Source: Bugula neritina
Taxonomy: Eukaryota > Animalia > Bryozoa
Direction: 5' to 3'
Length of the DNA: 64,000 nt
NCBI GenBank assembly: GCA_964035545.1
Contig: OZ037767.1
Span: 27,792,628-27,856,627 of the forward strand
Under the pieces are notes generated by a model that was given only the letters and a program-made list of their open reading frames with translations, was not told the origin of the DNA and searched no databases. A program made the position numbers and the translations under genes. Below are positions 60,570-64,000 of the stretch, in pieces; the first letter of the stretch is position 1, and each line of letters begins with the position of its first letter.

Positions 60570-63500
60570 CTACGCTGTGCCTCCTAGGTTTGCCACTCTT
60601 CTGAAGTACTCCTGTGGGTCAGTTATAGTATAGAGGTCATTGTCAACATGGCTTGACTTCTTCAAGTCTTTAAGGATTGTCTTGAAAGCTTCAGATGGTT
60701 GGTCTATTTTATTGGTACAGGTCAATTCTATTGTTTCCAAACTGTCAGCAGACTGCCTGCCGTCTGTAGGAGTAGCAGAATCGCTGCTGTCCGTGTTGAT
60801 GTAACTGGTGGCGTTACGTTCAGGTGATGGCCATCGGTTGCGGCCTGGACTTGCTACTAAGGCATAGGCTACTGTAGATTTCATTCTGAAAAGAAACCCA
60901 CCAATCGACATTTATAAAAGTAATGAAACATTTCTAGCCATATGCCGACACAAAGAGGTACTATAATTGGCTGATAAATTAAACTTTGCCATTGTATGTG
61001 TCATGCAACCAAAAAACTATTACTAATAGAATTTATGAAATTGTAAACCATGTTAAGTCATAGGCTAGTTTAGACACGTTTTAAAGGCGGAATTTTAATT
61101 ATATTCTACCTGTTGAAACTACACATTAGATATGCAAAACATTGACTTAGCCAGCTAATCAATATCAGTGTTGTTGAGTTCTGTTATTAACTGACTTGAA
61201 AAAACTAAAGATCTAATGCATATACAGTATTATATATTTGTATAGTGTTTGTAAGTAGTTGAACAAAACACAGTCTGGGAATTTTCAATTAGTTTATGCT
61301 TCATGCCTGCACAAATATAAAACTAGTATGTGTATCTATATTCATTATGTTGCTGAACAAAGCTACAACAATACTGAATTATAAGCAAAAGATTTGCTAT
61401 CATTTTGCAATACAATACATGCACGAACATAATGTATTATTCTTTGAGTTAACTGTGCTACTGTGCTTGATTTGTTTTAATCTATTAATTTCTCTGTAGT
61501 AAATACAGACTATCTAAAATGCATGATAGTGGTACTGTAATTTATACTATAATATCTTTCACTGTTAGAAGTCAGTGAATATTATTCCCTTGCTTAAAGA
61601 TCATGAATTATATGTCTTCACTATTCTTCAAAACAATGTTAGTGATACTATGAAATTCTAGCAAAAGTGATTTCATATTAAAATAAAATTTCAACACAAG
61701 GTCTAGTGTACCAGAATTTTCAACAGTAGCCAAAACTAGTGGCTTTCATCTGAGGAATTGAATGGATCACATGATTTACATCTAGTCAGCTGATCAGTGT
61801 ATGACTCATTAGTATACTTACTCATCTTGTACTGTCAATGGCTGAAGTGTGTTGGACTGCTTCTTTGAGTCTCTCTGCTCTTTCAAAGAACTGGGCAAAG
61901 AATAGGTTCTGATCCTGCTACAATCTTTTAATGCTGCCACAGAAGGGTGAGCAATAATGGCGTCAGCGGATGCATTTTTTGTGGTCAGTTTCTTGTTTTT
62001 GAGTACTTTTCTCTCTGGTGTTGAAGGGTTAGAGTTTGTAGAGGAAATTTTTCTTCTGGAGAGGGTAGGGCCAGGTTTGTCCTCGCTATGTCCCAATGAA
62101 GACTTGATGACTGAAGGTGGACTTTGTCTATGTTCTAAGAAAGTACAGTAATCACCTTTATAACTCATGACTATGTATTCAAAATTTGTGTTACAACCTT
62201 TCTCACAGAATTAAGTCTATGTGTAAGTTATGCTTTATAGTTTGCACAAAAAAGTTCAACTTTAATAACTATCTGATACTCATGCGATTTGACATTGTTT
62301 CAAATAGCTACCCATGTCAATTCAAGGTGGTATTTCGACAGATATAATATTGCATTTGACTCTTTACTTGCACAACAAATTAAACTTCTTTCAACAATCA
62401 AAAGTCTAGAATTATCAACATGATTTCTCCTCCCACATAGTAATAGTTGGTAAAGCCGAATGAAGGTAGACTGCTTACCTGAGATTGGTGAAGTTGGCAT
62501 TGTAATCGGAGATCTGAATGTTACTTTTCTATCAAGAACTTCTTTCTGGAGAGATTTTCTTTGCACTTTATGGGTTGACTGAGAGAGAATGTGACTCTGG
62601 TTAGCGGGATCATGCTTCTCTTTTGGTGGTACGGGTAGTGGTTTCGACTTGACTAGCGGGGATTCCCGCCTTTCTTCTGTCTTCTTTTTAGAGACTGAAT
62701 ATCGATGTGGGTCACTAATAAAAATGTACTAGCCATAAATACGTCGTTAAAACTTGGTTATTTATTTTTCTGTAAGTTTTACTGGTGAAACTTCGACCTC
62801 ATAGAAGCTTGGTTATTTTTTATTCTTTGGGTTTTACTGGTAAAACACCAAACATCAAACTGATTTGTGGTTATATTTCTTGATATGATACCTGTATGCA
62901 CGCTGCCTCATTTCAGGCAGATCGTCTTCTCCACAACGCTGTATTGGTGGTAGAACCTGGTGGGGAGATAGTCGCTGACCGTCTAATAAGTGTGTGGTGG
63001 AGTATTTATGGGTATCTTGCAGCACATTGTTTTCCGGGATACATTCTAATGACCGAGACATTCCCACAGTGACACGCTTTGAAAACACTGCAATTCCGAT
63101 AAATTAAACTATACTCTCACTTACTGCGAATCTCTTGAGTTATATAGAACATATTTTCGTAAATTTGAAGCAACTAACGGTTGATTTTGTATAGGTAGGA
63201 AAGTTTGAAATTTCGAAATTTATTTTTGTATGGACAGGAAAGCTCCACTTATTTCATCACTGTTACATTATTAATTGTAAAGTAGAAACTACAAGCTTAA
63301 TTATGGAGCAGATATGATAAGAATTTGAAACATTGCCAACATTGTGAAACATTATAACATTATATTCCAGAAAGCTTTTGTAAGGTGATGAATACTTTAT
63401 GTCTTATGATCTGATAGTAAATACTATTGAATAGGTTTGTTAGTTCTTAATTATATTGATACAATTGATTGATTTGATGCGTGTGATTCATTGAAAAACT

Positions 63501-63825
63501 TAAATGATGATTAATAATTAATAGTATTTGGTAAAGTGCCAAATCTGATGAAAGAGCGCTTCACGTTATTTGGATAGTTGCCAGTGCATTCCTTTCTCAA
63601 AACTGGTCACATTGCGAACAGCTTTCGAGATTTCAAATAATATTTCAAAACTAATTTGACCAACTTGGGAATTTTTGTTTTACCTTTGGATTTGCTTGGA
63701 AAAGCTTCATAGACATCTGAGAGCTTGGGACTAATCAGATTTGACTTGGAGGGTGGTTTATGCCATGGTGGAGATTTATAGACTGTGATTTTTGGAATAT
63801 CCATTTCGGTAGTTTCAGGCTTTTT
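60570..63825 (-). CDS. Uncharacterised Ser/Pro/Lys-rich, probably disordered protein (~400 aa in window; may start at ATG 63804 or upstream of the window)
   Basis: Exons 63825-63684, 63087-62892, 62714-62479, 62134-61822, 60885-60570 join in frame with canonical splice sites. No domain recognised. Confidence 0.7.
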
Positions 63826-64000
63826 CTGAAAAAGAATAGTATACGTAAAATATTTTGCAAAGTACTTTGGAATACATGCAAGCCACAGCTGTTGAAACAG
63901 CAAAAAAGCAAATACAAACATGCAGTATCGCTGGCTACATCATGCATTATTTTGCAGTATTTGATTGCCTGAACTAACTACTGTATAAGCTATTGTATGC

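Noticed and set aside
63088-63124. Donor at 63124 giving another split A|TG start
   Set aside because: It would need a 37-nt intron, and the in-phase exon 63825-63684 explains the acceptor better.

Overview
AT-rich, intron-dense eukaryotic DNA, most likely an invertebrate animal with a compact genome; no prokaryotic features. Gene models were built by hand from GT/AG boundaries and phase continuity. In order: the 3' part of LTN1/listerin (+), RSPH3 (-), mitochondrial ferredoxin FDX1 (+, head-to-head with RSPH3), a ~750-aa type-I membrane protein with cysteine-poor CUB-like modules (+), PATL1/Pat1 (+), two tandem PLAC8/cornifelin-family genes (-), a tentative ~119-aa orphan gene (+), and a Ser/Pro/Lys-rich unknown gene (-) that may begin beyond the window. 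Introns hold a tRNA-Thr-derived SINE with an 18-bp TSD, hAT-, piggyBac- and long-TIR MITEs, a degenerate hammerhead-like motif and many micro/minisatellites; the satellites explain most long ORFs in the supplied track. I see no clear novel multi-gene system. The best leads are tandem duplications that copy real splice sites into stop-generating decoys in LTN1 and PATL1, two alternative last exons in RSPH3, intron-split start codons in both PLAC8 paralogs, and a T-tailed SINE.
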